Assembly (NCBI GenBank): GCA_050012255.1
Contig: JBEKHN010000011.1
Span: forward strand, 9,047-73,046
DNA: 64,000 nucleotides
Reading direction: 5' to 3'
Origin: Candidatus Bathyarchaeia archaeon
Lineage (GTDB): Archaea; Thermoproteota; Bathyarchaeia; Bathyarchaeales; Bathycorpusculaceae
The stretch's first letter is position 1. Each line of letters begins with the position of its first letter. The notes under the pieces are model-generated. The model was not told the origin of the DNA. It was given only the letters and a program-made list of their open reading frames with translations, and searched no databases. The position numbers and the translations under genes were made by a program. Shown here in pieces: positions 1 to 9,901 of this stretch.

Positions 1-607
1 GAAGATTGTTAAGGGGCTCAGAGAGCGCGGTGTGAACGTGAAGACTCAGGTTTTGGAGAAGGGCGACTATATTCTGTCCGACGTGTGTGCGGTTGAGAGG
101 AAGACTGTTCAAGATTTTGTTTACACTCTCACGCGGCGCTTTCTTTTCGAGCAGCTGTTCAGGCTTAAGGAGGTCTATCCGAAAAGCCTCATATTGTTGG
201 AGGGTTACCTGCCCATAATTTACAAGTACAGCAGGATCCAGCCCGCGTCGGTTTGGGGTGCGATGTTCAACTTGGCCAGAAACGGTGTGGCCATTATAAA
301 CACGACGTCTTACAAGGAGACTGTTGACTTCCTCTACGTGGCCGCGCGGCAAGAGCAGATAATTGAGAAGCGGGCACCGACGGTTCACCCCTTCAAGAGA
401 GTTGACACGACTGCAGACGCCCAGGTCTACTTTTTGGCCAGCCTGCCCAATGTTGGCAGAGAGAAAGCCTTGGCAATACTTAAGTGCTATCAGACTCCTT
501 TGAACGCTGTGATAAACGTTGACGGATGGTCCGAAACCGTGTACGGACTTGGCCCGAAGATAAGCAGCAAGGTTAAAGAAGTGTTGAACACGCCGTTCAT
601 GGAGTGA
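1..607 (+). CDS. xpf: ERCC4/XPF-family structure-specific endonuclease (5'-truncated by window edge)
   Basis: GDY...VERKT ERCC4 motif and C-terminal HhH pair (LPNVGREKA, GLGPKI); the frame is open back to base 2. Confidence 0.85.
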   Translation, partial: KIVKGLRERGVNVKTQVLEKGDYILSDVCAVERKTVQDFVYTLTRRFLFEQLFRLKEVYPKSLILLEGYLPIIYKYSRIQPASVWGAMFNLARNGVAIINTTSYKETVDFLYVAARQEQIIEKRAPTVHPFKRVDTTADAQVYFLASLPNVGREKALAILKCYQTPLNAVINVDGWSETVYGLGPKISSKVKEVLNTPFME

Positions 608-613
608 ACAGAC

Positions 614-979
614 ATGGATGTTGAAATCAGTCCGACAAAGAAGATTAGCCTTCTGGGCTTGGATAGCCGCTCGAGAGAGAACATCGCCTGGTGCGCAGCA
701 ACCTACGGTGCGAACAGGCTGTACTGGATAGATGGCTATCTCCTGTGCTTAGAAGTCTACGAGAAATCCTTCGAACAAGAGTTGAAGAAGAAAGAGTTTC
801 CCATAAGCCAGGTCTGCTACGTGAAGTTTCCGAAGTATGAAAAGATCTACGAGATCGACAAGAGCTTCCAGATCCCGGTGGTCGACGTTTCCGACATGAA
901 ACTGTTCCAGAGCATACTGAAGGCCATACTGGAAAACGAGAAGGCAAGCACAGCATCTTCAAAATGTGAAGGCACCTAA
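614..979 (+). CDS. hypothetical protein, 121 aa
   Basis: ATG 6 bp after the xpf stop; globular composition; family not recognised. Confidence 0.65.
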   Translation: MDVEISPTKKISLLGLDSRSRENIAWCAATYGANRLYWIDGYLLCLEVYEKSFEQELKKKEFPISQVCYVKFPKYEKIYEIDKSFQIPVVDVSDMKLFQSILKAILENEKASTASSKCEGT

Positions 980-984
980 GTCTT

Positions 985-1584
985 CTACTTTCCCACTCTC
1001 ACGCTTTCCAGGCCCAGCTCGAAGGCTCTGAGGTTCATGTCCAGATGTTTTGCAGGAACAAGCTCTCGGACGGCTTCCCTCAGGCTTTCAGTCTTCACAG
1101 GCAACACCTCAGTGCCGGCCAAAGCCCCCAATAACACAACGTTCTGTGCAAGACTGCTTCCAGCTTTCTTAGCTAACCGTGGCGCCTCAACGAGAAGTAC
1201 GCGGCTTGTGAAGATTTGAACCTTCTCGACGAGTTTTTCTATGCTTGGATACTTCACATTCTTCGCCGCCAATTCCGTCGGCGGAATTCTTTCCGTGCTC
1301 ATCATGACCAGCGTCTTTTCTGAAGCGTACTTCAGGTTCCGCAGCGTTTCAAAGGGCTCAAACCCCAAAAGCACGTCTGCTTGTCCTTCCAACACCGTTG
1401 AAGACAGAGCGTCTTCGCCTATTCTAACTGTTGAAACGACTGCTCCGCCCCGTTGGGCCATGCCATGGATCTCGCTTACCCTGACGTTCAGTTCATCCTT
1501 AACAGCGGCCACTCCTATGGCTTCAGCCGCCAAGAGCGTGCCTTGCCCGCCGACGCCGGCCAGAACGATGTTGAACTCCTTCAT
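985..1584 (-). CDS. iorB: indolepyruvate:ferredoxin oxidoreductase beta subunit
   Basis: MKEFNIVLAGVGGQG, SEIHGMAQRGGAV; ATG at 1584 overlaps the iorA stop (ATGA). Confidence 0.92.
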   Translation of the reverse strand: MKEFNIVLAGVGGQGTLLAAEAIGVAAVKDELNVRVSEIHGMAQRGGAVVSTVRIGEDALSSTVLEGQADVLLGFEPFETLRNLKYASEKTLVMMSTERIPPTELAAKNVKYPSIEKLVEKVQIFTSRVLLVEAPRLAKKAGSSLAQNVVLLGALAGTEVLPVKTESLREAVRELVPAKHLDMNLRAFELGLESVRVGK

Positions 1585-3461
1585 TCTGCACAGCTTCCTT
1601 CTATGGCGCCGTAAGGACAAACCGAAATGCAAAGTCCACAGGCAGTGCAACTGTCTTCGTCGATTTTCACCTTTCCCTCTTCAGCGACAATGGCTGGACA
1701 GCCTAGAAGTTTGATGCAGGCCATGCAGTTCGTGCATTTATCAGTGATTCTGGTCGGTTCGAATTTGATTCCTCTCTGCCTCTTCTCCCGGACGGCCATC
1801 AAAGTGCAGGGGGCCCTGAAAACGACAACTGAAGGCCCAGGTTGTTGCAGGGCCTCTTTCACCACTGCCGTCGCTTCTTTTGTTTTGAACGGGTCCACCA
1901 CCTTCACGTATTTGACGCCACATCCTTTAGCAACGTTTTCAATAAGAATTCTCTCCGTTGACGCGCGCATTCCAGTCATGCCCGTCCCAGGATGCGGCTG
2001 ATGCCCGGTCATCGCCGTTGCAAGATTGTCCAGAACCACTGTGAGGACCTTGCTCTTATTATAAACAGCGTTCACCAGTCCAGGAATCCCCGCATGGAAA
2101 AACGTCGAGTCTCCAATGATCGCAATGGTTTCTCTGCCTGATGCTTTGCTCATTCCCTGAGCAGTGCCGATGCTTGCACCCATGCACGTCATGATGTCTC
2201 CAACGTTCAAGGGTGGAGCGATTCCCAAAGCGTAGCAGCCTATGTCGGTTGAGTACAGTGCAGTGTCTCCTCCGACCCTTCTCATCACGTAGAAGGACGC
2301 TCTGTGAGGACAACCAGCACAGAGTATTGGCGGTCTTGAAGGCAAATCTTTTGTGGCTTCAGCATATTTTTCACTGATCTTCTGGAAATCTATCGGCAGT
2401 TTTCTGCCCGTTATCTCGGCCAAACCCGCTGCGACTATGCGAGTTGAAAGCTCCCCTTCTTTCGGGAAGAATCGCTTGACCATTTTTCCGAATATCTCGA
2501 CGTTTGGCGCGTGATCCTTAGCTATTGCTTTGACCTGCATTTCCAAGTATGGTTCAAGCTCTTCAACGATGACGATTTTGTCGCAGGCTTTCAAGAATCG
2601 CCCGATCATTTTCTCTGGAAGCGGATGCGTCATTCCGAGTTTCAGAATGCCCGCGTCTAGGCTCAGCAGGTTTGCTGCCTCCAACGCGTAGTTGTAAGCT
2701 GAGCCTGAGGATATAATGCCCAATTCTTTGCCTTTATTGACAACCTTGTTGTAGGGAGATGCCTCGCTGATTTCCTTTGCCTTTGCGGCCTGTCTCAAAA
2801 GCACTTCGTGCTTCGGCCTCGAAAACGCTGGCACCATCACCAAACGCTGCACGTCTCTGATGAACTTGCCCTGCAGGTTTGGTTTCACTATGCTTTTGTA
2901 CTCGACTGGTCCGCGAGTGTGGCTCACGCGTGTCGTGGTTCTCAGGAGCACTGGCAACTCGAGCTTTTCGGATATCTCGATGGCTGAGACAGTCATGTCC
3001 TTCGCTTCTTGAGGGTTGGAAGGCTCCAAGCACGGCAGGTTTGAAAGCAGAGCGTAGAAGCGGTTGTCCTGTTCATTCTGGGAGCTGTAACACTCAGGGT
3101 CGTCTGCCGTGACTATCACGTAGCCTCCTCTTACACCGGCGTAAGCCAACGTCATGACCATGTCGGCGGCCACGTTGAGCCCAACATGCTTCATCGCTGC
3201 AAGGGCTCTCACTCCACAGCTTGCAGCTCCGGCGCCAACCTCAACCGCAACCATTTCGTTGACGGAGTATTCCATGTACACACCGGCCTCAGAAGCGATT
3301 TCCGACACGGAGTCGCCTATCTCAGACGCGGGTGTACCGGGGTACGTGGTCACAACACCTATCCCTGCCTCGAGAATCCCTCGGGCAATGGCCTCATTGC
3401 CTAGCAGGAGCACCCGTTTTCCCAGCTTGTCCTGTAACAGGACTTTCGAATCAGGCAACAA
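1581..3461 (-). CDS. iorA: indolepyruvate:ferredoxin oxidoreductase alpha subunit
   Basis: LLGNEAIARG, YPGTPASE, RPPILCAGCPH, GDSTFFH TPP motif, AMTGHQP, C-terminal 2x[4Fe-4S] Cys motifs. Confidence 0.95.
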   Translation of the reverse strand: MLPDSKVLLQDKLGKRVLLLGNEAIARGILEAGIGVVTTYPGTPASEIGDSVSEIASEAGVYMEYSVNEMVAVEVGAGAASCGVRALAAMKHVGLNVAADMVMTLAYAGVRGGYVIVTADDPECYSSQNEQDNRFYALLSNLPCLEPSNPQEAKDMTVSAIEISEKLELPVLLRTTTRVSHTRGPVEYKSIVKPNLQGKFIRDVQRLVMVPAFSRPKHEVLLRQAAKAKEISEASPYNKVVNKGKELGIISSGSAYNYALEAANLLSLDAGILKLGMTHPLPEKMIGRFLKACDKIVIVEELEPYLEMQVKAIAKDHAPNVEIFGKMVKRFFPKEGELSTRIVAAGLAEITGRKLPIDFQKISEKYAEATKDLPSRPPILCAGCPHRASFYVMRRVGGDTALYSTDIGCYALGIAPPLNVGDIMTCMGASIGTAQGMSKASGRETIAIIGDSTFFHAGIPGLVNAVYNKSKVLTVVLDNLATAMTGHQPHPGTGMTGMRASTERILIENVAKGCGVKYVKVVDPFKTKEATAVVKEALQQPGPSVVVFRAPCTLMAVREKRQRGIKFEPTRITDKCTNCMACIKLLGCPAIVAEEGKVKIDEDSCTACGLCISVCPYGAIEGSCAE

Positions 3462-3557
3462 ACTTCTCCTCAGACTTGTTAAAAATCCTCACAGTCTTAA
3501 CCTTTCACATATAGCTTTTGGTGAGAAAACTGACGATGGTTGAACAGGAATGTCAGA

Positions 3558-3577
3558 CCGAAAGAATTATAAAAACG
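3558..3577 (+). promoter_or_regulatory. putative BRE/TATA promoter of the tryptophanase-family gene
   Basis: CCGAAAGAATTATAAAA about 40 bp upstream of the ATG at 3614. Confidence 0.45.
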
Positions 3578-3613
3578 TAAACGTGATAAGAGCAAACTCT
3601 CGAGGTTTCCATT

Positions 3614-5056
3614 ATGTCTATCAGACTCTCTTCGGGCGAGGAAATTCCGATCGAGATGCACAAGGCCAGAATGGTGCAAAAAGTCCAGTTAGTTCCTGTT
3701 GACCAACGACTCAGAGCCATCGAAGAAGCTGGCTACAACACGTTCCTGCTCAAAACTAAAGACATATTTCTCGACATGCTCACCGACAGCGGCGTAAACG
3801 CCATGAGCGACAACCAGTTTGCTGCCATGATGAGAACTGATGATGCTTACGCTGGCAGCATGACTTTCTACGAGTTTGCCAAAGCAGTTGAAGACATCCT
3901 TGGATACAAGTACGTAATGAACGTGCATCAAGGCAGAGCGGCAGAACATCTCCTGGCAAAGGTCTTCGCCAAACCGGGCGGCGTCATCCCCACGAACTAC
4001 CACTTCACGACTACAAAAGCTCACATTGAGCTCCAAGGCATGCAGGTTCTGGAGATCTATTATGATGATGCGTTGAAAACCGAGAGCACAAACCTCTTCA
4101 AAGGATGTATGGACCCGCAGAAGCTCAGGAACGTCATCAAGAAGTATGGCAAAGACAAGATTGGCTTTGTGCGAATGGAAGCAACGACCAACCTGATCGG
4201 CGGACAACCGTTCTCGATGAAAAACCTGAATGAGATCAAACAGATCTGCACCGAGAACAACCTGCTTCTCGTCATAGACGGAAGTCTGATCTGTGAAAAC
4301 GCCTATCTCATAAGACAACGAGAGAAAGCATACGAGAACAAGACAGTCGCGGAAATAGTCAAAGAGATGTGCAGCATCGCAGACATATACTACATGAGCG
4401 GAAGAAAAAACACCTGCGTCAGAGGCGGCTGCATAGCAACCAACAATCTAAAACTGTTCGAACTGATACAACCGTGGCTGCCAGTGTACGAGGGGTTCTT
4501 CACCTACGGCGGCATGTCGATGAGGGAAATCGGCGCAATGGCCGTCGGAATGAGGGAAATGGTGGACCCCGACGTCGCAGGCTGTTCAGTCGAACAGATC
4601 AAGTACTTCGTCAATAAGCTTGTTAAGGCTGGAATACCAGTAGTCACGCCGCCAGGCGGATTGGCCTGCCATCTCGACGCGATGAAGTTTCTGCCAAACA
4701 TGCCCCAGTCGGAATATCCGGCAGGAGCGCTCGCAGCTGGACTTTACATCGCCTCGGGAATAAGAAGCATGGAAAGAGGCACAATTTCAATGGACAGAAA
4801 CAAGGAAGGAAAAGAGGTCTTTGCCGACATAGAACTGACAAGGATCGCATTGCCCAGGAGAGTCTACACAGTGTCGCACATCGAATACGCAGTTGACAGG
4901 ATAAAATGGCTTCACAAGCACAGAGACCTGGTGAAAGGTTTGAAGTTCGTGTCCGAACCGCCAGTGCTCAGGTTTTTCCTTGGAAAGCTCAAAGCCCTAG
5001 ACAACTGGGGAAAAGACTTGGCGGAAGCATTTAAGAAGGAATTAGGCACTTCCTAA
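3614..5056 (+). CDS. tnaA: tryptophanase / tyrosine phenol-lyase family PLP beta-eliminating lyase
   Basis: AGYNTFLL, DMLTDSG, HQGRAAE, GGQPFSM, MSGRKN (PLP lysine), RIALPRRVYT, LRFF; substrate (Trp vs Tyr) not resolvable by eye. Confidence 0.85.
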   Translation: MSIRLSSGEEIPIEMHKARMVQKVQLVPVDQRLRAIEEAGYNTFLLKTKDIFLDMLTDSGVNAMSDNQFAAMMRTDDAYAGSMTFYEFAKAVEDILGYKYVMNVHQGRAAEHLLAKVFAKPGGVIPTNYHFTTTKAHIELQGMQVLEIYYDDALKTESTNLFKGCMDPQKLRNVIKKYGKDKIGFVRMEATTNLIGGQPFSMKNLNEIKQICTENNLLLVIDGSLICENAYLIRQREKAYENKTVAEIVKEMCSIADIYYMSGRKNTCVRGGCIATNNLKLFELIQPWLPVYEGFFTYGGMSMREIGAMAVGMREMVDPDVAGCSVEQIKYFVNKLVKAGIPVVTPPGGLACHLDAMKFLPNMPQSEYPAGALAAGLYIASGIRSMERGTISMDRNKEGKEVFADIELTRIALPRRVYTVSHIEYAVDRIKWLHKHRDLVKGLKFVSEPPVLRFFLGKLKALDNWGKDLAEAFKKELGTS

Positions 5057-5134
5057 TCGTGGAATAGAAAGACAAAATCGGGAAAGGCACGCGCTTGAAC
5101 AACTACTAAAACCTTCAACGCGCGCTGTGGAAAA

Positions 5135-5614
5135 GTGCAGAACAAGGTTTATGAGAAAACGGGCAGCACATTGCGGGGGGAATTCAAGATGCGGCTTAAG
5201 TTTCTTGAGGGCAAGTACCTGCTTAACACACGCATCGAAGAGTGTTCTCCTCTAGTTAAGAAAGCGTTGAATGAAGTGGGGCTGAAAAACGTAGCGGTGA
5301 AAAAAGAAGTTCCCCCTCGTTACTTGCTGATAGAATACAGCCCCGGTTGGGTGGGAAAAGCGTTAGAGATAGAGTTCGTATTCAAGGAAAGGCAAAATGG
5401 CTCCGAGGTCTCCGTCAAATGGCCCTTCGCCAGCGAGATTCCCTCTTTCATAGATGACAAAGATCATGTTGCACTTTTGAAAAAACACGAGGATGAAAGG
5501 AAGCAAACGGCTGAACGCCTGATTGAGGAGTTCAAGAAAAGAATTGGCGCAACTGATATTCGAGTCGTCGAGGAAGGGAACGTTCTACAAAAGAGGAAAA
5601 CGGAAGACGAGTAG
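5135..5614 (+). CDS. hypothetical protein (start possibly ATG 5189)
   Basis: 159-aa ORF filling the gap, protein-like composition. Confidence 0.6.
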   Translation: MQNKVYEKTGSTLRGEFKMRLKFLEGKYLLNTRIEECSPLVKKALNEVGLKNVAVKKEVPPRYLLIEYSPGWVGKALEIEFVFKERQNGSEVSVKWPFASEIPSFIDDKDHVALLKKHEDERKQTAERLIEEFKKRIGATDIRVVEEGNVLQKRKTEDE

Positions 5615-5718
5615 CCAAGCTTCACTCTTACTCTTAGCCCAGCGCGCGTTTTTGATTTAAGAAGGATAGTGTGGAACACGCCAGTTGCTGCGTTGTGCTA
5701 GAGATGACTTGAGACTCG

Positions 5719-6372
5719 TCAGGCTAGCTTCAACTGTCTTATCTGTTTAAGGATGCTATCGACGGCCACTTCAGGCGGCAGTTCAAGGGACTCACACTTA
5801 AACTCTGCAAACGGAGTCCCTTTCTCTTTATAGTACTGCAATATGGGTTCAGTCTGACGTTCATAGACGCCTATACGGCTCTTGATCACATCCGGCATGT
5901 CGTCAGAACGCTGGTAAAGCTGCCCTCCGCACTTGTCACATATCCCCTCCACTTTGGGCTTCAAGAAGCGTATGTTATACACTTCTCCACAGCTCCTGCA
6001 TAGTCTGCGGCTTGACAAACGCTCTATAATTATCCAGTCGGGCACCGTCAGCTGGATGACACCGTTGATCTTGACAAGCTTCTCCAAAGCTTTGACCTGC
6101 TCAATAGTGCGCGGGAAGCCATCCAAAATGAAACCTTTCTCGCTGGAAGACTTGTCCAGACGTTGTTTCAGGACTTGTATCACAACATCGTCGGGAACCA
6201 GCTGGCCCTTCTCTACGAAACCCTTGACTTTCCTACCCAACGCGGTGTCCTCTTTCATGATCTCTCGAAGAATGTCTCCTGTTGCAATGACGTCAATGCC
6301 TAGCCTCGTCTGCAAGCGCGAGGCATACGTGCCCTTCCCCGAACCTGGAGGACCAAAGATGACTAACTTCAT
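5719..6372 (-). CDS. adk: adenylate kinase (bacterial type, zinc LID)
   Basis: GPPGSGKGT P-loop, GFILDGFPRT, CxxC...CxxC LID, QRSDD. Confidence 0.95.
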   Translation of the reverse strand: MKLVIFGPPGSGKGTYASRLQTRLGIDVIATGDILREIMKEDTALGRKVKGFVEKGQLVPDDVVIQVLKQRLDKSSSEKGFILDGFPRTIEQVKALEKLVKINGVIQLTVPDWIIIERLSSRRLCRSCGEVYNIRFLKPKVEGICDKCGGQLYQRSDDMPDVIKSRIGVYERQTEPILQYYKEKGTPFAEFKCESLELPPEVAVDSILKQIRQLKLA

Positions 6373-6512
6373 GGGTCATCACTGAACTGTTCACTAGCAA
6401 CTAACCAGTTTTCTAGGTTTCAGAGCACACTCATATATCATTTTTGAGTAAGATCTCAAGAACTTGGCTCCAAAAAGGGTATTTCGAAGAAGGAAAAGAT
6501 TCAGGAGGGGAA

Positions 6513-7295
6513 TCATTTGCCCTTAAACACAGGCTTTCTTTTCTCTGTAAACGCTGAGACGCCTTCCTTAAAGTCTTCCGACGAGGCAACGACGCCGAAG
6601 CCTTCCCGCTCTAGCGCTATGGCCGAATCGAGGCTTATGTTTGCGCCCTTGTTGATCAAGGCCTTTGCCACTTTAAGCGCAACCGGAGGCTTGGATGTTA
6701 GCTCGAGGGCAAACTGTCGAACGGTTTCCCTGAACTTGTCTGCAGGGGTTACTATGTTTACTATGCCCAACTGCTCCGCGGTTGTCGCATCGAACATCTT
6801 TCCCGTGAAAACAAGCTCCTTAGCCTTCGTCATGCCCACCAGACGCGTGAGTCGCTGAGTTCCACCCCACCCTGGAATTAAGCCGAAGTTTACTTCCGTC
6901 TGTCCCATGCGAGCGTTTTCAGAAGCTATGCGGAGGTCGCACGCCATGGCAACTTCCAAGCCTCCGCCCAAAGCGTAACCGTTGATCGCTGCAACGACTG
7001 GTTTCTCCAAGTTTTCCAAAGCTAGGCACAGGCTTTCGCCCATGAGTGAGAGTTCTCTCGCCTTCAAGGCAGTCATTCCCGCCATAGCTTTTATGTCAGC
7101 GCCGGCTGAGAACGCTTTTTCGCCAGCTCCGGTCAGCACAACAACGCGCACGTTTTCATCACTCTTAACATCTTCCAGTGCCCGAAGTATTTCTTCCACC
7201 ACTTCCTTGCTGAAGACGTTCAACGCCTCAGGCCGATTCAAAGTGATTGTGGCTACACCTTCGCTCTTTTCATAGATTATGAACTTGAATTCCAT
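6513..7295 (-). CDS. crt: enoyl-CoA hydratase (crotonase)
   Basis: LNRPEALN, AFSAGADI, GYALGGGLE, GLIPGWGGTQRL. Confidence 0.93.
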   Translation of the reverse strand: MEFKFIIYEKSEGVATITLNRPEALNVFSKEVVEEILRALEDVKSDENVRVVVLTGAGEKAFSAGADIKAMAGMTALKARELSLMGESLCLALENLEKPVVAAINGYALGGGLEVAMACDLRIASENARMGQTEVNFGLIPGWGGTQRLTRLVGMTKAKELVFTGKMFDATTAEQLGIVNIVTPADKFRETVRQFALELTSKPPVALKVAKALINKGANISLDSAIALEREGFGVVASSEDFKEGVSAFTEKRKPVFKGK

Positions 7296-7313
7296 AGGTC
7301 ATCACTCCCGCGT

Positions 7314-8189
7314 CTATTTTTGGGTCCAGTCGTAAAAGCCCTTGCCCGTCTTTCTGCCCAGAAGCTGGGCTTTAGCCATCTGCTTCAGTCCCGTGGTTGG
7401 ATGGAACTTCGGATCCAGTTCTTTCGTGAGCACCTCAGCAATGGCAAGCGTCGTGTCTGAACCTATGTAATCCAACAGCATGAGAGGGCCCATGGGCCAG
7501 TTTAGTCCAAGCTTTATGGCCTTGTCGATGTCGTCCCTGTCCGCAACTCCTTCCCAGCACAGGGCTACTGCTTCGTTCAGCGCAGGGATGAGTATCCTGT
7601 TCACTATGAAGCCTGGGCTGTCCTTTTTCACGAGCACCGTTTCCTTCTCCATCTTGTGGGCAACAGCCAAGATCGTTTCGATGGTTTCATCCGAAGTCTT
7701 GGCTCCTCTGATCACCTCAATGAGCTTCATGAGTTGCGGCGGATTGAAGAAGTGCATCCCACAGACTCTTTCAGGGCGTTTGGTCGCTGAGGCCATCTCT
7801 GTGATGCTGACAGAGGAGGTGTTCGAAGCGATTATTGCGTGGCTCGGAGCGTAACTGTCCACTTCGCGAAACGTTGCCTTCTTCAACTCCAAATTCTCGG
7901 GAACTGCTTCAATTATCAAGTCTGCGTCGGCAACGGCCTCTTTCAAGTCGAGCGTTGGATGGATCCTTGCCAACGTCGCATTCATGTCCGCTTCGGTGAG
8001 CTGGCCTTTCTTCACGAATCGCTGTAGACTCTCCCTTATCATGCCCATACCGTTATCGACGAAACGCTGTTCAACATCTCGAAGATTCACTTCATACTTG
8101 CCGACTTGAGCCGCCACCTGAGCGATCCCGTGCCCCATCAAACCCGCGCCAAGAACTGCGACTTTCTCGATTTTACTCAAATTTTCCAC
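7314..8189 (-). CDS. hbd: 3-hydroxyacyl(butyryl)-CoA dehydrogenase
   Basis: GAGLMGHGIA, IEAVPE, SNTSS, GMHFFNP, PGFIVNR, GRKTGKGFY. Confidence 0.93.
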   Translation of the reverse strand: MENLSKIEKVAVLGAGLMGHGIAQVAAQVGKYEVNLRDVEQRFVDNGMGMIRESLQRFVKKGQLTEADMNATLARIHPTLDLKEAVADADLIIEAVPENLELKKATFREVDSYAPSHAIIASNTSSVSITEMASATKRPERVCGMHFFNPPQLMKLIEVIRGAKTSDETIETILAVAHKMEKETVLVKKDSPGFIVNRILIPALNEAVALCWEGVADRDDIDKAIKLGLNWPMGPLMLLDYIGSDTTLAIAEVLTKELDPKFHPTTGLKQMAKAQLLGRKTGKGFYDWTQK

Positions 8190-8317
8190 CTCTTAGAGAG
8201 ATGCAACGATTTTTGATAAAAGGTTTTCCAGCAAGGCATAGCGCGCACGGCGCGCGCGCATATATACGACGGCCGAAAAAAAACAGCATATGCGCGCAGC
8301 TGCTAAAGAAATAGGGG

Positions 8318-9625
8318 CTAAGAAGAGCCGTTTTTCCCAAAGTGTTCTGCGATTATTATTGCGTCATAGATGTCGGTTATGCCGTCCCGGTTGATGTCAG
8401 CGTCCGGATTCCATCGTGCGTCTCCCTTCTGTAATCCGAAGTAGTTTGCGAATGTGATCGCGTCATAGATGTCAACCGTTCCGTCGCCGTTCATGTCGCC
8501 TAAGATGGTTACGAGCACGTAACCGTCAGTCATGTTGTTGTTCGCGGTGTTGGTTTCGCCCGGAACAGGCCAGACATAAGCGCTTATAGTGTAGTTGCCA
8601 TAGGCAAAGCCAGTTGTGTTCCACGTGAAGGTTAGGGTTGTGGAGTCTTGGCTTGCTAGGGTGACATTTTCTGTTTGGATAGCTGTGACGTTGGCGCAAG
8701 CTGTGACGCTGAGGGCTTCTGTGTAGCCGCCTTCATTTGCCACTGTGACGTTTATGGTGACGCTGAAGCCTTGACCAACCCAAGTCTTAGAAGGCGCAAC
8801 ATTGGTGACGGCTACATCATGAACGCCAAAAGCGTAAACCTTATCGTCACATGAGCCCACATAGACCACACCATCAACAACAGCAGGAGAAGACCCCACC
8901 ACGTCGCCAGTTGTATAGCTCCATATGAATGCGCCTGTCGTAGCGTTCAGCGCGTAAACATTGTCGTCCTCTGAACCCACATAGACGACACCACCAGCAA
9001 CAGCAGGAGAAGAAACCACAAGACTGCCTGTTGTGTAGTTCCATACCTGCGTGCCCGTAGTGGCGTTCAAAGCGTAAACCTTGTCGTCATCTGAGCCCAC
9101 GAAGACAACACCACCAACAACAGCAGGAGAAGAAAACACGTGACTGATCGTCGTGTAGTTCCATACCTGTGTGCCCGTTGTAGCGTTCAAAGCGTAAACC
9201 TTGCCGTCCCATGAGCCCACGAAGACAACACCACCAACAACAGCAGGAGAAGAATCCACCGCCCTGCCGGTTGTGTAGTCCCATACCCGTGTGCCCGTCG
9301 TAGCGTTCAAAGCATAAACCTTACCGTCCCATGAGCCCACATAGACGATGCCACCAGCAACAGCAGGAGAAGAAGAAAACACGTAGTTGCCGGTTGTGTA
9401 GCTCCAGAGAGTTTGGTTTGTGGTTGGCGCCGTTGAAGTGGAATATCCGTTGCGCGTCGGGTCGTGGTGAAACATCGGCCATTCGTCAACGGTGGATTGT
9501 GCCACGAGACCAGAGGGTCCATAGCTACTATGAGAATCAGATGCGCTAGAGGAGATATTCATGGGAAACACCGAAATCAAGAACAACGCAACTGAGAGGA
9601 AACTAACGACGGCTCTTCTCTTCAT
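8318..9625 (-). CDS. secreted PQQ-like beta-propeller repeat protein with CARDB (Ig-like) and C-terminal dockerin-like domains
   Basis: signal peptide; WPMFHHD; 5x SSPAV..G.VYVGS.D..VYA; HDVAVTNV CARDB; paired EF-hand-like repeats GDMNGDGTVDIYD / DINRDGITDIYD. Confidence 0.88.
   Translation of the reverse strand: MKRRAVVSFLSVALFLISVFPMNISSSASDSHSSYGPSGLVAQSTVDEWPMFHHDPTRNGYSTSTAPTTNQTLWSYTTGNYVFSSSPAVAGGIVYVGSWDGKVYALNATTGTRVWDYTTGRAVDSSPAVVGGVVFVGSWDGKVYALNATTGTQVWNYTTISHVFSSPAVVGGVVFVGSDDDKVYALNATTGTQVWNYTTGSLVVSSPAVAGGVVYVGSEDDNVYALNATTGAFIWSYTTGDVVGSSPAVVDGVVYVGSCDDKVYAFGVHDVAVTNVAPSKTWVGQGFSVTINVTVANEGGYTEALSVTACANVTAIQTENVTLASQDSTTLTFTWNTTGFAYGNYTISAYVWPVPGETNTANNNMTDGYVLVTILGDMNGDGTVDIYDAITFANYFGLQKGDARWNPDADINRDGITDIYDAIIIAEHFGKNGSS
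8828..9405. repeat. 120-bp tandem coding repeat, about 5 units
   Basis: CAGCAGGAGAAGA recurs at 8881, 9001, 9121, 9241 and 9361 (exact 120-bp period). Confidence 0.9.
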
Positions 9626-9901
9626 TTTTCAAACCTTTCCCCCGTCTTCCCCTGAAAAGGTCCGCTCGACCAATAGTGGTTAGCCCAGTAGTGCTATTTA
9701 AACTCGTTGAAACAGAGTTTCGGTCCTTACGAGCTGCTTCGTCTCGTCCCTTATGCACGATCTATCCGTGAGCTGCAGAAGGCTAAGGCTCTCTTATGGA
9801 AAATTGAGCGTGCTTTGCCGAAGAGTTGCATTTCATTCTTCCAAGCCAAGAGCAAACAGAGTTTTACATCATTAACTGGAAAACAGAAAAAGAGGCATCA
9901 T

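Noticed and set aside
8828-9405. Regular repeats as a CRISPR array
   Set aside because: 120-bp in-frame coding repeats with no unique spacers; no cas genes in the window.
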